64,000 bases of DNA from Myxococcota bacterium (GTDB lineage Bacteria; Myxococcota_A; UBA9160; UBA6930): positions 5,760,001 through 5,824,000 of the forward strand of contig OZ245002.1 in NCBI GenBank assembly GCA_965223415.1, written 5' to 3'. Positions 9,184-20,045 of this stretch are shown one piece after another (the first letter of the stretch is position 1; every line of letters starts with the position of its first letter). Both the position numbers and the translations under genes were made by a program. A model generated the notes under the pieces. That model was not told where the DNA came from. It worked only from the letters and a program-made list of their open reading frames with translations, and did no database searches.

Positions 9184-10352
9184 GACGCGGCTCCCGCCGG
9201 CGGATCGTCGCGGACCCGCACGGCCATGCCCTCGGTGGCGCTCTCGAGAGGCGAGATGCACACCCGCTCCCCGCGGGCGAGCCCGCCGCGCACGAGGATC
9301 TCGTCCGCGTCCACCCGCAGCAGGTCGACGTCCCGGAAGCGCAGCCGGTCCTCCTCGTCCACGACCAGCACCTGGCCGGCGCCTCGCAGGGAGGAGCGGG
9401 GCAGCACCACGACGCCCTTCGCCTCGGCGCCGGTGATCTCGGCCTCGACGAAGAGCCCGACCGAGAGCGGCGGAGCGTCGCCCTGGGCGTAGGGTGCGGG
9501 GACCTGGGCGACGACGTGCACCATGCGCGTTCGCGGGTCGAGCTCGCCCTCGGTGCGGACGACGTGCCCGTGCCACTCGTGCCGGGTTCCGGCGAATCGG
9601 GCGCGGAGCGTGACCGGGACCGCGGGCGTGCCATCCTCCCCCGCTCCCCCGTTCCGCAAGAGCGGGAGATCGATGAAGGCCAGCTCCTCGTCGTGCACCG
9701 GGAGCCGCACCTCCGCCAGGTCCACCGCGTAGATCGTGGCGACGGGCGTGCCCCGCCCGACGAACTGGCCGACGTCCACCCGTTCGGAGCGGACGCGTCC
9801 CTGGTAGGGCGCGGTGATCTCGGTCCGCGCCAGGTCGCGCTCGGCCCGGGCGAGGGCCGCCCGCGCCTCCCGCAGCGAGGCCTCGGCGACGGCCAGGCGG
9901 TTGGCCGCGTCGTCCCGCGCGGCATCGCTGGCGACGCCCTGGGCCTTGAGGTCGCGCTGTCGCGCGTCGTCCCGACGCGCGTCCGCCAGATCGCTCCGGG
10001 CCCGGGCGGCGGCGGCGCGCCCCTGCTCGAGCGCCGCCTCGTAGTCGAGCGGGTCGATCCGCAGGAGCGGCTCGCCCTCCTCGAAGAAGCCGCCGGACAC
10101 CAGCTCCGGCGACATCCACACGACCCTCCCGGATACCTCCGGCACGAGCTCGCTCTCGGTCCTCGGCATCACGGTGCCGTGGGTGGAGACGCGCAGCCGG
10201 ATCGTCTCGGGCGCGACCTCGATCGCCCGCACCAGCGGGGCCACGCGATCCGGCGGCCGCGGCTCGACCTGCGGACCGGTGGCGATGAGCAGCCCCGCAC
10301 AGGCGAAGCCGCCCAGGGCGATGGCGATCGGGGTGAGCTGGCGTCGGTTCAT
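9180..10352 (-). CDS. RND periplasmic adaptor (MFP) subunit
   Basis: N-terminal anchor, lipoyl-like EVSGRVV...GEPLLRID, coiled coil, and ITAPYQGRV. Confidence 0.93.
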   Translation of the reverse strand: MNRRQLTPIAIALGGFACAGLLIATGPQVEPRPPDRVAPLVRAIEVAPETIRLRVSTHGTVMPRTESELVPEVSGRVVWMSPELVSGGFFEEGEPLLRIDPLDYEAALEQGRAAAARARSDLADARRDDARQRDLKAQGVASDAARDDAANRLAVAEASLREARAALARAERDLARTEITAPYQGRVRSERVDVGQFVGRGTPVATIYAVDLAEVRLPVHDEELAFIDLPLLRNGGAGEDGTPAVPVTLRARFAGTRHEWHGHVVRTEGELDPRTRMVHVVAQVPAPYAQGDAPPLSVGLFVEAEITGAEAKGVVVLPRSSLRGAGQVLVVDEEDRLRFRDVDLLRVDADEILVRGGLARGERVCISPLESATEGMAVRVRDDPPAGAAS

Positions 10353-10996
10353 GGTCGGTCCTCTCCAGGCGCCGGAAGGGGGGAGCCGCCTTCGATGCCC
10401 GCGGTGGCGAACGCAGCGAGGCGGTCGAGAAAGTGCGGGTCGGGCGGCGTCGCAATCGGGTTCTCGGTGGCGAGGATGTGGACCATCGCGCCGATCGCGA
10501 AGTGGAGCCGCCAGCGAATCTCGGTGGCGTCGACCTGCGGCAGCGCCCGAGCCAGCACCTCGCTGAAGCGGTCGAAGGTGGTGCCGAACTGCGCCTCGAT
10601 CAGCGGCCGGGAGATCGAGCCGGGCTCGCCGAACAGCCGCGCGACGAGCCTCGGCGTGTCGCCGACCCCCTCGGTCGCCAGCGGCGCGAGGAACGCCTCC
10701 ACCACTTCGCGAACGCTAGGCGCGGCCTTGCTCGCGAGCAGGGCGTCGAGGGCGCGGGTCCGCTCCTCGTGGATCGGGGCGAAGCGCCGGTCCACCACCG
10801 CGCCGAACAGCGCCTGCTTCGAGCCGAAGTGGTAGTGGGCCGCGCCCAGGTTGACGCCCGCCCGCTGGGCGATGGCGCGCACCGAGGTGGCGGCGAAGCC
10901 ACGCTCGATGAAGAGCGCCTCGGCGGCATCGAGGATCCGGGTGGGCGTGTCGGCTGCGCCCTGGGGGTTCGCCAGGGAGTGGGCCTGTGAGGACAT
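10349..10996 (-). CDS. TetR family regulator, PsrA-like
   Basis: RILDAAEALFIERGFAATSVRAIAQRAGVNLGAAHYHFGSK. The C-terminus (EIRWRLHFAIGAM...FATAG) resembles PsrA. Confidence 0.88.
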   Translation of the reverse strand: MSSQAHSLANPQGAADTPTRILDAAEALFIERGFAATSVRAIAQRAGVNLGAAHYHFGSKQALFGAVVDRRFAPIHEERTRALDALLASKAAPSVREVVEAFLAPLATEGVGDTPRLVARLFGEPGSISRPLIEAQFGTTFDRFSEVLARALPQVDATEIRWRLHFAIGAMVHILATENPIATPPDPHFLDRLAAFATAGIEGGSPLPAPGEDRP

Positions 10997-11006
10997 CGGC
11001 GCCTCA

Positions 11007-11024
11007 TTCGAACGTTCGTTTGAA
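11007..11024. promoter_or_regulatory. Palindromic TetR (PsrA-box-like) operator
   Basis: TTCGAACG-TT-CGTTTGAA lies 10 bp upstream of the TetR start and abuts a minus-strand TAGCAT -10 element. Confidence 0.7.
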
Positions 11025-11119
11025 ATGCTATCGTCGCGGCCCTGACGCTGCAAGCGAGACGGCGGCCCCGGACCGGTCGCTATCGTCCGGGCGGGTGCGG
11101 TCGCTCGGGGGAGCAGCGG

Positions 11120-11887
11120 TTGACGGAGCCTCGGGACGGTTCGGGTGTCCGGTGGAGCGCCGCCCTCCACGCCTGCGACCCCGCCTTGCGAGCACTCTTC
11201 ACGGGCTACCTCGTCGTGATCGGAATCGGGCTGCTCATGTCGTTCGCCCAGATCCTCTTCACCCACGGCATGGCCGACGGGCGCTTCGGCCTCTCCGTCG
11301 ACGACATCGTCTACTCGTACTACGGCAACCGCGAAGGCAGCCGCATCGAGGCCAAGCTCCAGGGATCCATGAAGCTGATGGCCTCCGAGCAGGTCCGCGC
11401 CGAGATCGTCCGCTGGGTGCGCGAGGGCTCGCCGCGGGACGAGTGGGACGAGCGGATGCAGAGCGTGGTCGTCACCCACTGCGGCCGCTGCCACGGCGAA
11501 GTCCCCGGGATTGCGGACCTGACCCGCTACGAGGGCATCCAGGCCGTCGCTCAAATCGACGAGGGAGCGACGGTTCCCACCCTCGCACGGGTGTCGCACA
11601 TCCACCTGTTCGGGATCGCCTTCATCTTCTTCTTCGTGTGCCTGATCTTCACGTTGGCCTCCGGCGTGCCCGGCTGGCTGCGGGTGACGGCGGTCGCGAT
11701 GCCCTACGTCTTCCTGAGCGTCGACGTCTTCTCCTGGTGGGCCACGAAGTGGGTGCCCGCGGCCGCCTACCTGACGATCGGGGCCGGCGCCGGCTACGCC
11801 CTCTCCTCCGGGTTCATGATCCTGACCGCCCTCTACCAGATGTGGTGGCCGGGCTACCTGGAGCGGGCGCGACGGGCGAGCCCCTGA
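11120..11887 (+). CDS. Membrane protein with a single CxxCH heme-c motif (family often mislabelled 'elongation factor-1 alpha')
   Basis: N-terminal TM, then THGMADG..GLSVDDIVYSYYGNR, HCGRCH and RVSHIHLFGIAFIF, plus three further TM segments. Start codon uncertain. Confidence 0.7.
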   Translation: MTEPRDGSGVRWSAALHACDPALRALFTGYLVVIGIGLLMSFAQILFTHGMADGRFGLSVDDIVYSYYGNREGSRIEAKLQGSMKLMASEQVRAEIVRWVREGSPRDEWDERMQSVVVTHCGRCHGEVPGIADLTRYEGIQAVAQIDEGATVPTLARVSHIHLFGIAFIFFFVCLIFTLASGVPGWLRVTAVAMPYVFLSVDVFSWWATKWVPAAAYLTIGAGAGYALSSGFMILTALYQMWWPGYLERARRASP

Positions 11888-12146
11888 GCGCGCGGGCTCT
11901 CCCGCCCGGCCCCGGCCGAGGAGCCCGACCCGGTCGGCCCGGGAGCCGGGCATCGACTGCCAGCGAAAGGAGGTGTGCGGCGAGAGCCGCCGTCCTGCGA
12001 CCACCTCGCCGGTCGGGCACGGCGCCACAGCTCCGGGCTCGGACGTTGTCTTTTCCCAACGATTCCAACAACTTGCCCTCAAGTTCCGCCCCCTTGGTAA
12101 CCGATTCGCCGTAGGCGACTCTCACCCGAAGCCTTGAGGGGGGCTC

Positions 12147-14807
<2,661 letters not shown>

Positions 14808-14814
14808 GCGCGCC

Positions 14815-16119
14815 ATGGCCACACTCCACGAGTTCCACCTGCCGGACATCGGCGACTTCCAGGGCGTCGACGTGGTCGAGGTGCTCGTCGCACCGGGCGA
14901 CAAGGTCGAGAAGGAGCAATCGCTCATCGTGCTGGAGAGCGACAAGGCCACCATGGAGGTGCCCGCCCCATGCGCCGGCGTCGTGCGCGAGCTGCGCGTC
15001 GGAGTGGGAGACCAGGTGAGCGAAGGCGACCTGATCGCCGTGATCGAGGGCAGCGAGGAAGCGGCCGCCCAGGAGCCGTCTCCCGAGCCGCCGCCGTCAG
15101 CGGAGCGCACTCCTGCGCCCGAAGCCGCGCCGGCCGTCGGCACGCCCAACGCGATGGCCGTGCCCACGGTCCTCGACGCCGATGCAGCGCCACCCGAGGC
15201 GTGGAAGCCCCCTGTCCCCCACGCCAGCCCGTCGGTGCGCCTGCTGGCCCGGGAGCTCGGCGTCGACCTGACCCTCGTGCCCGGCTCCGGGCGCAAGGGC
15301 CGCATCCTGAAGGAGGACGTGCAGTCCTTCGTGAAGGCGTCCCTCTCCCAGGGCACGGGCGCCGGGGTGCCGATCGCCGGCGTCCAGGTGGCCGCGCCGC
15401 TCGAGATCGACTTCTCGAAATTCGGCGCGACCGAGCTGCAGCCCCTCAACCGGATCCGCAAGCTCTCCGCGGCCAACCTGCACCGGAGCTGGGTCACGGT
15501 CCCCCACGTCACCCAGTTCGACGAGGCCGACATCACCGACCTCGACGCCTTCCGCAAGGAGCAGAAGGCCGCCGCGGCGGAGCGCGGCGTGAAGCTGACC
15601 TTCCTGCCCTTCGTGGTGAAGGCGGTCACCACCGCCCTACGCGACTTCCCACACTTCAACGCCTCCCTCGACGTGACCGGCGAGAACCTGATCCTGAAGC
15701 GCTACTTCCACATCGGCGTCGCCGTCGACACCGAGAACGGCCTGGTGGTGCCGACCATCAAGGACGCCGAGAAGAAGGGGCTCTTCGAGATCGCCGGCGA
15801 GCTGCAGGACCTCTCGGAGCGGGCGCGCACGCGGAAGCTGCGCCCCTCGGACCTCCAGGGCGGGAGCTTCAGCATCTCGAGCCTGGGCGGCATCGGCGGG
15901 ACCTTCTTCACGCCGATCGTGAACCACCCGGAGGTGGCGATCCTGGGCGTCTCGCGCATGGAGTGGAAGCCCGTGCACCGCGACGGGGAGTTCGTGCCGC
16001 GCCTCATCCTCCCCCTCTCCCTCTCCTACGACCACCGGGTGATCGACGGCGCCGACGCGGTGCGCTTCACCAGTCATCTCGCAGCGCTGCTCTCGGACCT
16101 GCGTCGCCTGCTCCTCTGA
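14815..16119 (+). CDS. aceF: Dihydrolipoamide acetyltransferase E2 with one lipoyl domain
   Basis: Lipoyl motif [11 protein letters not shown]3-binding HASPSVR...GRILKED, and catalytic YDHRVIDG. Confidence 0.97.
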   Translation: MATLHEFHLPDIGDFQGVDVVEVLVAPGDKVEKEQSLIVLESDKATMEVPAPCAGVVRELRVGVGDQVSEGDLIAVIEGSEEAAAQEPSPEPPPSAERTPAPEAAPAVGTPNAMAVPTVLDADAAPPEAWKPPVPHASPSVRLLARELGVDLTLVPGSGRKGRILKEDVQSFVKASLSQGTGAGVPIAGVQVAAPLEIDFSKFGATELQPLNRIRKLSAANLHRSWVTVPHVTQFDEADITDLDAFRKEQKAAAAERGVKLTFLPFVVKAVTTALRDFPHFNASLDVTGENLILKRYFHIGVAVDTENGLVVPTIKDAEKKGLFEIAGELQDLSERARTRKLRPSDLQGGSFSISSLGGIGGTFFTPIVNHPEVAILGVSRMEWKPVHRDGEFVPRLILPLSLSYDHRVIDGADAVRFTSHLAALLSDLRRLLL

Positions 16120-17825
16120 TGCCGCAGGAGATCACGGTCCGCGTCCCCGACATCGGGGAGTTCGAAGGCGTCGACGTGGTGGAGCTGCTGGTCGGCCCCG
16201 GCGACCACGTCGCCGTGGAGGACCCGCTCGTCACCCTCGAGAGCGACAAGGCCTCGATGGACGTGCCGTGCCCGGTGGACGGCGTCGTGGTGCGGATGGC
16301 GGTGGCCGTCGGCGACCAGGTGAGCGAGGGCGATGCCCTGTGCGCGGTGGAGGTGGAGGCCGCCCTGGAGAGCCCGCCGCCGGCCGGCGAGCCCGCACCG
16401 GCGGCATCCGCGGCGCGGGCCGACGGACCATCCACCGAGGTCCTGGTGCTCGGGGGCGGGCCCGGCGGCTACACCGCCGCCTTCCGCGCCGCCGATCTCG
16501 GCAAGCGCGTCACCCTGGTCGAGCGCTTCCCGACCCTCGGCGGCGTGTGCCTCAACGTGGGCTGCATCCCCTCCAAGGCCCTGCTGCACATGGCCGACGT
16601 GATCGAGGAAGCCGCCGCACTCCGGGAGCACGGCGTCGACTTCGGAACGCCGCGGCTCGACCTGGCGCGGATCCGCGCGCGCAAGGACGAGGTGGTGGGA
16701 ACCCTCACGAAGGGCCTTGCCGGCCTCGCGCGGCAGCGGCAGGTGGAGGTCGTCCAAGGCGAGGGACGCTTCGTCGGGCCCCACGAAGTGGAGGTGACGG
16801 GCGCGGAGGGAACGCGCCGGCTGCGCTTCGAACACGCCATCGTCGCTGCCGGCTCGCGGACGGTGGAGCTTCCGGGCGTGCCGGACGATCCGCGCATCCT
16901 CGACTCGACCTCCGCCCTCGAGCTGCCCCTGGTCGAGGGCCGTCTACTGGTGATCGGCGGCGGCATCATCGGCCTCGAGATGGCGACGGTCTACGCCGGC
17001 TTCGGCGCCGAGGTCTCGGTCGTGGAGCTCCTGGACCAGCTCATGACCGGCGCCGACCGGGACCTGGTGCGCCCCCTCGAGCGCCGCCTGAAGCAGCGCC
17101 TTGCCGCGATCTGGGTCGGCACGCGGGTCGAGGGAATCGAGGCGAAGGACGACGGCCTGCACGCGACGTTCTCGGGAGAGGGCGCGCCGGCCAGCGAGCG
17201 CTTCGACCAGGTGCTCGTCGCCGTGGGACGTCGGCCGAACGGCGACCGCATCGGCGCGGACGCGGCGGGCCTTCGCGTCGACGAGCGGGGCTTCGTGCCG
17301 GTGGACGCCAAGCAGCGCACCAACCTGGCCCACGTCTACGCCATCGGCGATGTCACGGGCCAGCCCATGCTGGCCCACAAGGCCACCCACGAGGGCAAGA
17401 CCGCCGCCGAGGTGATCGCCGGCCTGCCCGCCTCCTTCGACGCCCGAGCGATCCCGTCGGTGGCCTACACGGATCCGGAAGTCGCCTGGACCGGTCTCAC
17501 CGAGGAGGCGGCCGAGGGCGTGGCGGTGCGCAAGGCGGTCTTTCCGTGGGCCGCGAGCGGTCGTGCCCTGGGCATGGGCCGCAGCGAGGGAATGACGAAG
17601 CTGCTCTTCTCCGCCGAGGACGGCCGTCTGCTCGGCGCCGGCATCACGGGCCCGAACGCCGGCGACCTGATCGCGGAGGCGACCCTGGCCCTCGAGCTGG
17701 GTGCCGACGCGGAGGACCTCGGGCTGACGATCCACCCCCACCCCACCCTCTCCGAGACGATCGCCTTCGCCGCCGAGCTCGCCGCCGGGACCATCACGGA
17801 CCTGATGCCACCCCGGCGATCCTGA
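16119..17825 (+). CDS. lpdA: Dihydrolipoamide dehydrogenase E3 with N-terminal lipoyl domain
   Basis: ATG overlaps the aceF stop. Lipoyl ESDKASMDVP, then GGGPGGY, GGVCLNVGCIPSK and HPHPTLSE. Confidence 0.97.
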   Translation: MPQEITVRVPDIGEFEGVDVVELLVGPGDHVAVEDPLVTLESDKASMDVPCPVDGVVVRMAVAVGDQVSEGDALCAVEVEAALESPPPAGEPAPAASAARADGPSTEVLVLGGGPGGYTAAFRAADLGKRVTLVERFPTLGGVCLNVGCIPSKALLHMADVIEEAAALREHGVDFGTPRLDLARIRARKDEVVGTLTKGLAGLARQRQVEVVQGEGRFVGPHEVEVTGAEGTRRLRFEHAIVAAGSRTVELPGVPDDPRILDSTSALELPLVEGRLLVIGGGIIGLEMATVYAGFGAEVSVVELLDQLMTGADRDLVRPLERRLKQRLAAIWVGTRVEGIEAKDDGLHATFSGEGAPASERFDQVLVAVGRRPNGDRIGADAAGLRVDERGFVPVDAKQRTNLAHVYAIGDVTGQPMLAHKATHEGKTAAEVIAGLPASFDARAIPSVAYTDPEVAWTGLTEEAAEGVAVRKAVFPWAASGRALGMGRSEGMTKLLFSAEDGRLLGAGITGPNAGDLIAEATLALELGADAEDLGLTIHPHPTLSETIAFAAELAAGTITDLMPPRRS

Positions 17826-17913
17826 CCGGGAAACGGACGCGAGCCGAACGCGAGGGGTCGGCAGGCTGAGGTGCAGCCACTCACCGGCCAGACAGCTCGT
17901 CGAGGTGATTCCC

Positions 17914-18483
17914 ATGCGGCTCCGCTCCCAGCTGACCCTGCTGCTCCTCCTCTGCCCCACGGCCGCCCTGTCGATACCCGTCACGCTGTCGGTCCAGACC
18001 GGGGGCGTCCCGGGCTTCAGCTACTCGTGGCTCCACACCGCCGACGCCTGCCCCCATGGCGGCTACTGGATGTGCGGGACCCAGCCGAACCAGGCGGTCA
18101 CCGGCAGCCTCACCGCCAACCAGAACGGCAACGCCTTCGCGGGCATCGCCGGCAGCCTGGTCATCGGCGGCACCCGCCACGTCGTGTCCGGGAGCCTGAA
18201 CTTCTCGGTGGCGGCGGGCGCCTCGCTCGGCAACCTCACGATCGGCAGCCTGGGGACCTTCGACTTCGTGAACGCCCAACTCTCGGGCCCGGCGAACGGC
18301 TATGCCGGCAACGTGATCTCGCTGTGGGGCCAGAACTTCGCGCCCAGCAAGACCCCCGTGAAGGGCGGCTACGGCGTCGATCTCTCACTCAAGGTCTCGC
18401 CTGCGATCCCGGAGCCCACCGCCGCCCTGGTCTTCGCGCTCGGCGCGCTGGTCGCGCGCGGCGCGGCCCGCCGACGCGCCTAG
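17914..18483 (+). CDS. PEP-CTERM sorting-signal protein (paralog 1)
   Basis: Signal peptide. C-terminus IPEPTAALVFALGALVARGAARRRA. Confidence 0.85.
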   Translation: MRLRSQLTLLLLLCPTAALSIPVTLSVQTGGVPGFSYSWLHTADACPHGGYWMCGTQPNQAVTGSLTANQNGNAFAGIAGSLVIGGTRHVVSGSLNFSVAAGASLGNLTIGSLGTFDFVNAQLSGPANGYAGNVISLWGQNFAPSKTPVKGGYGVDLSLKVSPAIPEPTAALVFALGALVARGAARRRA

Positions 18484-18635
18484 CGAGGCCACCCCCGGCG
18501 CGGAATCTCGAGCGAGCAGACGACCGGCAACCCGTGCGCAGGCAATGCGCAGACCGGGTAGAAACGGGACCCTGCGCGTTACCTCCCGGGCCGCCGCGGA
18601 GACTCACTCACGAACACCCTTTCGTGGAGTCTCCC

Positions 18636-19220
18636 ATGACCCTGCTGCGCACCCTCCTGATCCTCGCCGCCCTGGCCCTTCCGGCCGCGGCCTCCGCTGC
18701 CACGGTGCACCTGCACTCGCTCACCGGCAGCGTGCCCGGCTTCGGCTTCAGCACGATCCACTCGCTGGACGGCTGCCCGAACGGCGGCTTCTACATGTGC
18801 GGCAGCGAGACCCACGCGGTGACCCAGTCGATTCTCACCGCTCAGCAGGTGGGCTCGGCTTTCCACAACATCCACGGAAGCGTGAGCGTCGACGGCGTGC
18901 AGCGGCAGGTGAGCGGCGATCTCGACTTCGGCGTGGCCCCGGGCGCGGCGATCGGCCATCTGACGATCGCGGGCTGGGGCACCTTCCAGTTCCTGAACCT
19001 CCACTTCTCCGGCCCGGCCAACGGCTTCAGCGACGACAAGCTGTGGCTCTGGGGCCAGACCTACGATCCGCAGCTGCAGCTCGAGCCCGGCGAAGGCGAC
19101 TGGGGCCTGGACATCGCCTTCGAGGTGACGCCGGCGATGCCCGAGCCCAGCGGCGCCCTGGCCTTCGGCCTGGGTGCGCTGATCGTGCGGGCCGGCACCC
19201 GGCGGCTCCGCCGGTCCTAG
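18636..19220 (+). CDS. PEP-CTERM sorting-signal protein (paralog 2)
   Basis: GGAG RBS and signal peptide. C-terminus MPEPSGALAFGLGALIVRAGTRRLRRS. Colinear similarity to paralog 1. Confidence 0.85.
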   Translation: MTLLRTLLILAALALPAAASAATVHLHSLTGSVPGFGFSTIHSLDGCPNGGFYMCGSETHAVTQSILTAQQVGSAFHNIHGSVSVDGVQRQVSGDLDFGVAPGAAIGHLTIAGWGTFQFLNLHFSGPANGFSDDKLWLWGQTYDPQLQLEPGEGDWGLDIAFEVTPAMPEPSGALAFGLGALIVRAGTRRLRRS

Positions 19221-19984
19221 CCCGACGACCCTTCTTCGCGCCGGCGGCGGACCCGAACGGCCCGCGGCCGGCGTCGTGTTTCGGCCGCCGCCCCCTGCTC
19301 GAGGAACGCCGCGGCCATGCGCGGGCCGGCCCCCGCGTCCTCGTGCTTGAAGAAGACGTAGGCCTCCTCGGCGCCAGCGTCGGCGACCTTGTCGGCCCAG
19401 GCGAGGAGCGCAGCGTCGTCGTAGTTCGGGCGGCGCAGCCGCAGATAGAGGAGCCGACCGGCCCCCGGAAACGCCTCGGCGGGAGCCTCCTCGGTGTCCG
19501 CGAGGACGACGGCCAGGCCCCGCTCCCGCAGCCGCTCGTCGGCGCCCTCCTCGAGCCAAGAGGGATGGCGGAACTCGAAGGCGGCCGAGGTGCCGTCCGG
19601 GAGGAGATCGACGAAGCGATCGAGGCGTTCCATGTCGGCCGGGAGGTTCGGCGGGAGCTGGAAGAGCAAGGCCCCGAGCCGTTCGCCGAGGACGGCAGTG
19701 GTCTGGAGCAGGTAGCCCGTCTCCTCGCCCGCCTCCTTCAGCCGCTTGAAGTGGGTGATGCGGCGCGACGCCTTGATGACGAAGCGGAACTCCGACGGCA
19801 CCTGCTCCGCCCAGCCCTCGAGGACGCTCGTCTTCGGCATCCGGTAGAAGGTGTTGTTGATCTCGACCGCCGGCAGCCGCTCGGCATAGAAGGAGAGCAT
19901 CTCCTTCGCGGGGAGCTTCTCCGGGTAGAAGGGACCCTTCCACTCCTTGTACGAGAAGCCGCTGGTGCCGGCGCGCAGCGTCAT
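19217..19984 (-). CDS. DUF72 (YecE-like) protein
   Basis: GTSGFSYKEWKGPFYP, VEINNTFY, FQLPPN, FEFRHPSW and YVFFKHE. Confidence 0.93.
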   Translation of the reverse strand: MTLRAGTSGFSYKEWKGPFYPEKLPAKEMLSFYAERLPAVEINNTFYRMPKTSVLEGWAEQVPSEFRFVIKASRRITHFKRLKEAGEETGYLLQTTAVLGERLGALLFQLPPNLPADMERLDRFVDLLPDGTSAAFEFRHPSWLEEGADERLRERGLAVVLADTEEAPAEAFPGAGRLLYLRLRRPNYDDAALLAWADKVADAGAEEAYVFFKHEDAGAGPRMAAAFLEQGAAAETRRRPRAVRVRRRREEGSSG

Positions 19985-20045
19985 GGGCACCGGAGTATAG
20001 CTGCGGGGCCCTCGCGAGAGTGGGGGCGCTTCGACACGTCCCCGG

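Noticed and set aside
5471..9925. Very long alternative-frame and antisense ORFs (for example 5471-9925, 6127-9492, 11814-15659, 28598-32119, 60588-63578)
   Set aside because: These are shadows of real genes caused by stop-codon scarcity at high GC. They are Arg/Pro/Gly-rich and motif-free.
18484..18635. Possible c-di-GMP riboswitch or sigma54 promoter between the PEP-CTERM paralogs (GGCAA, GAAACGGGAC, TGCGCA-GGCAA-TGCGCA)
   Set aside because: The elements are not arranged as the GEMM P1/P2 consensus, and the -24/-12 match is weak.
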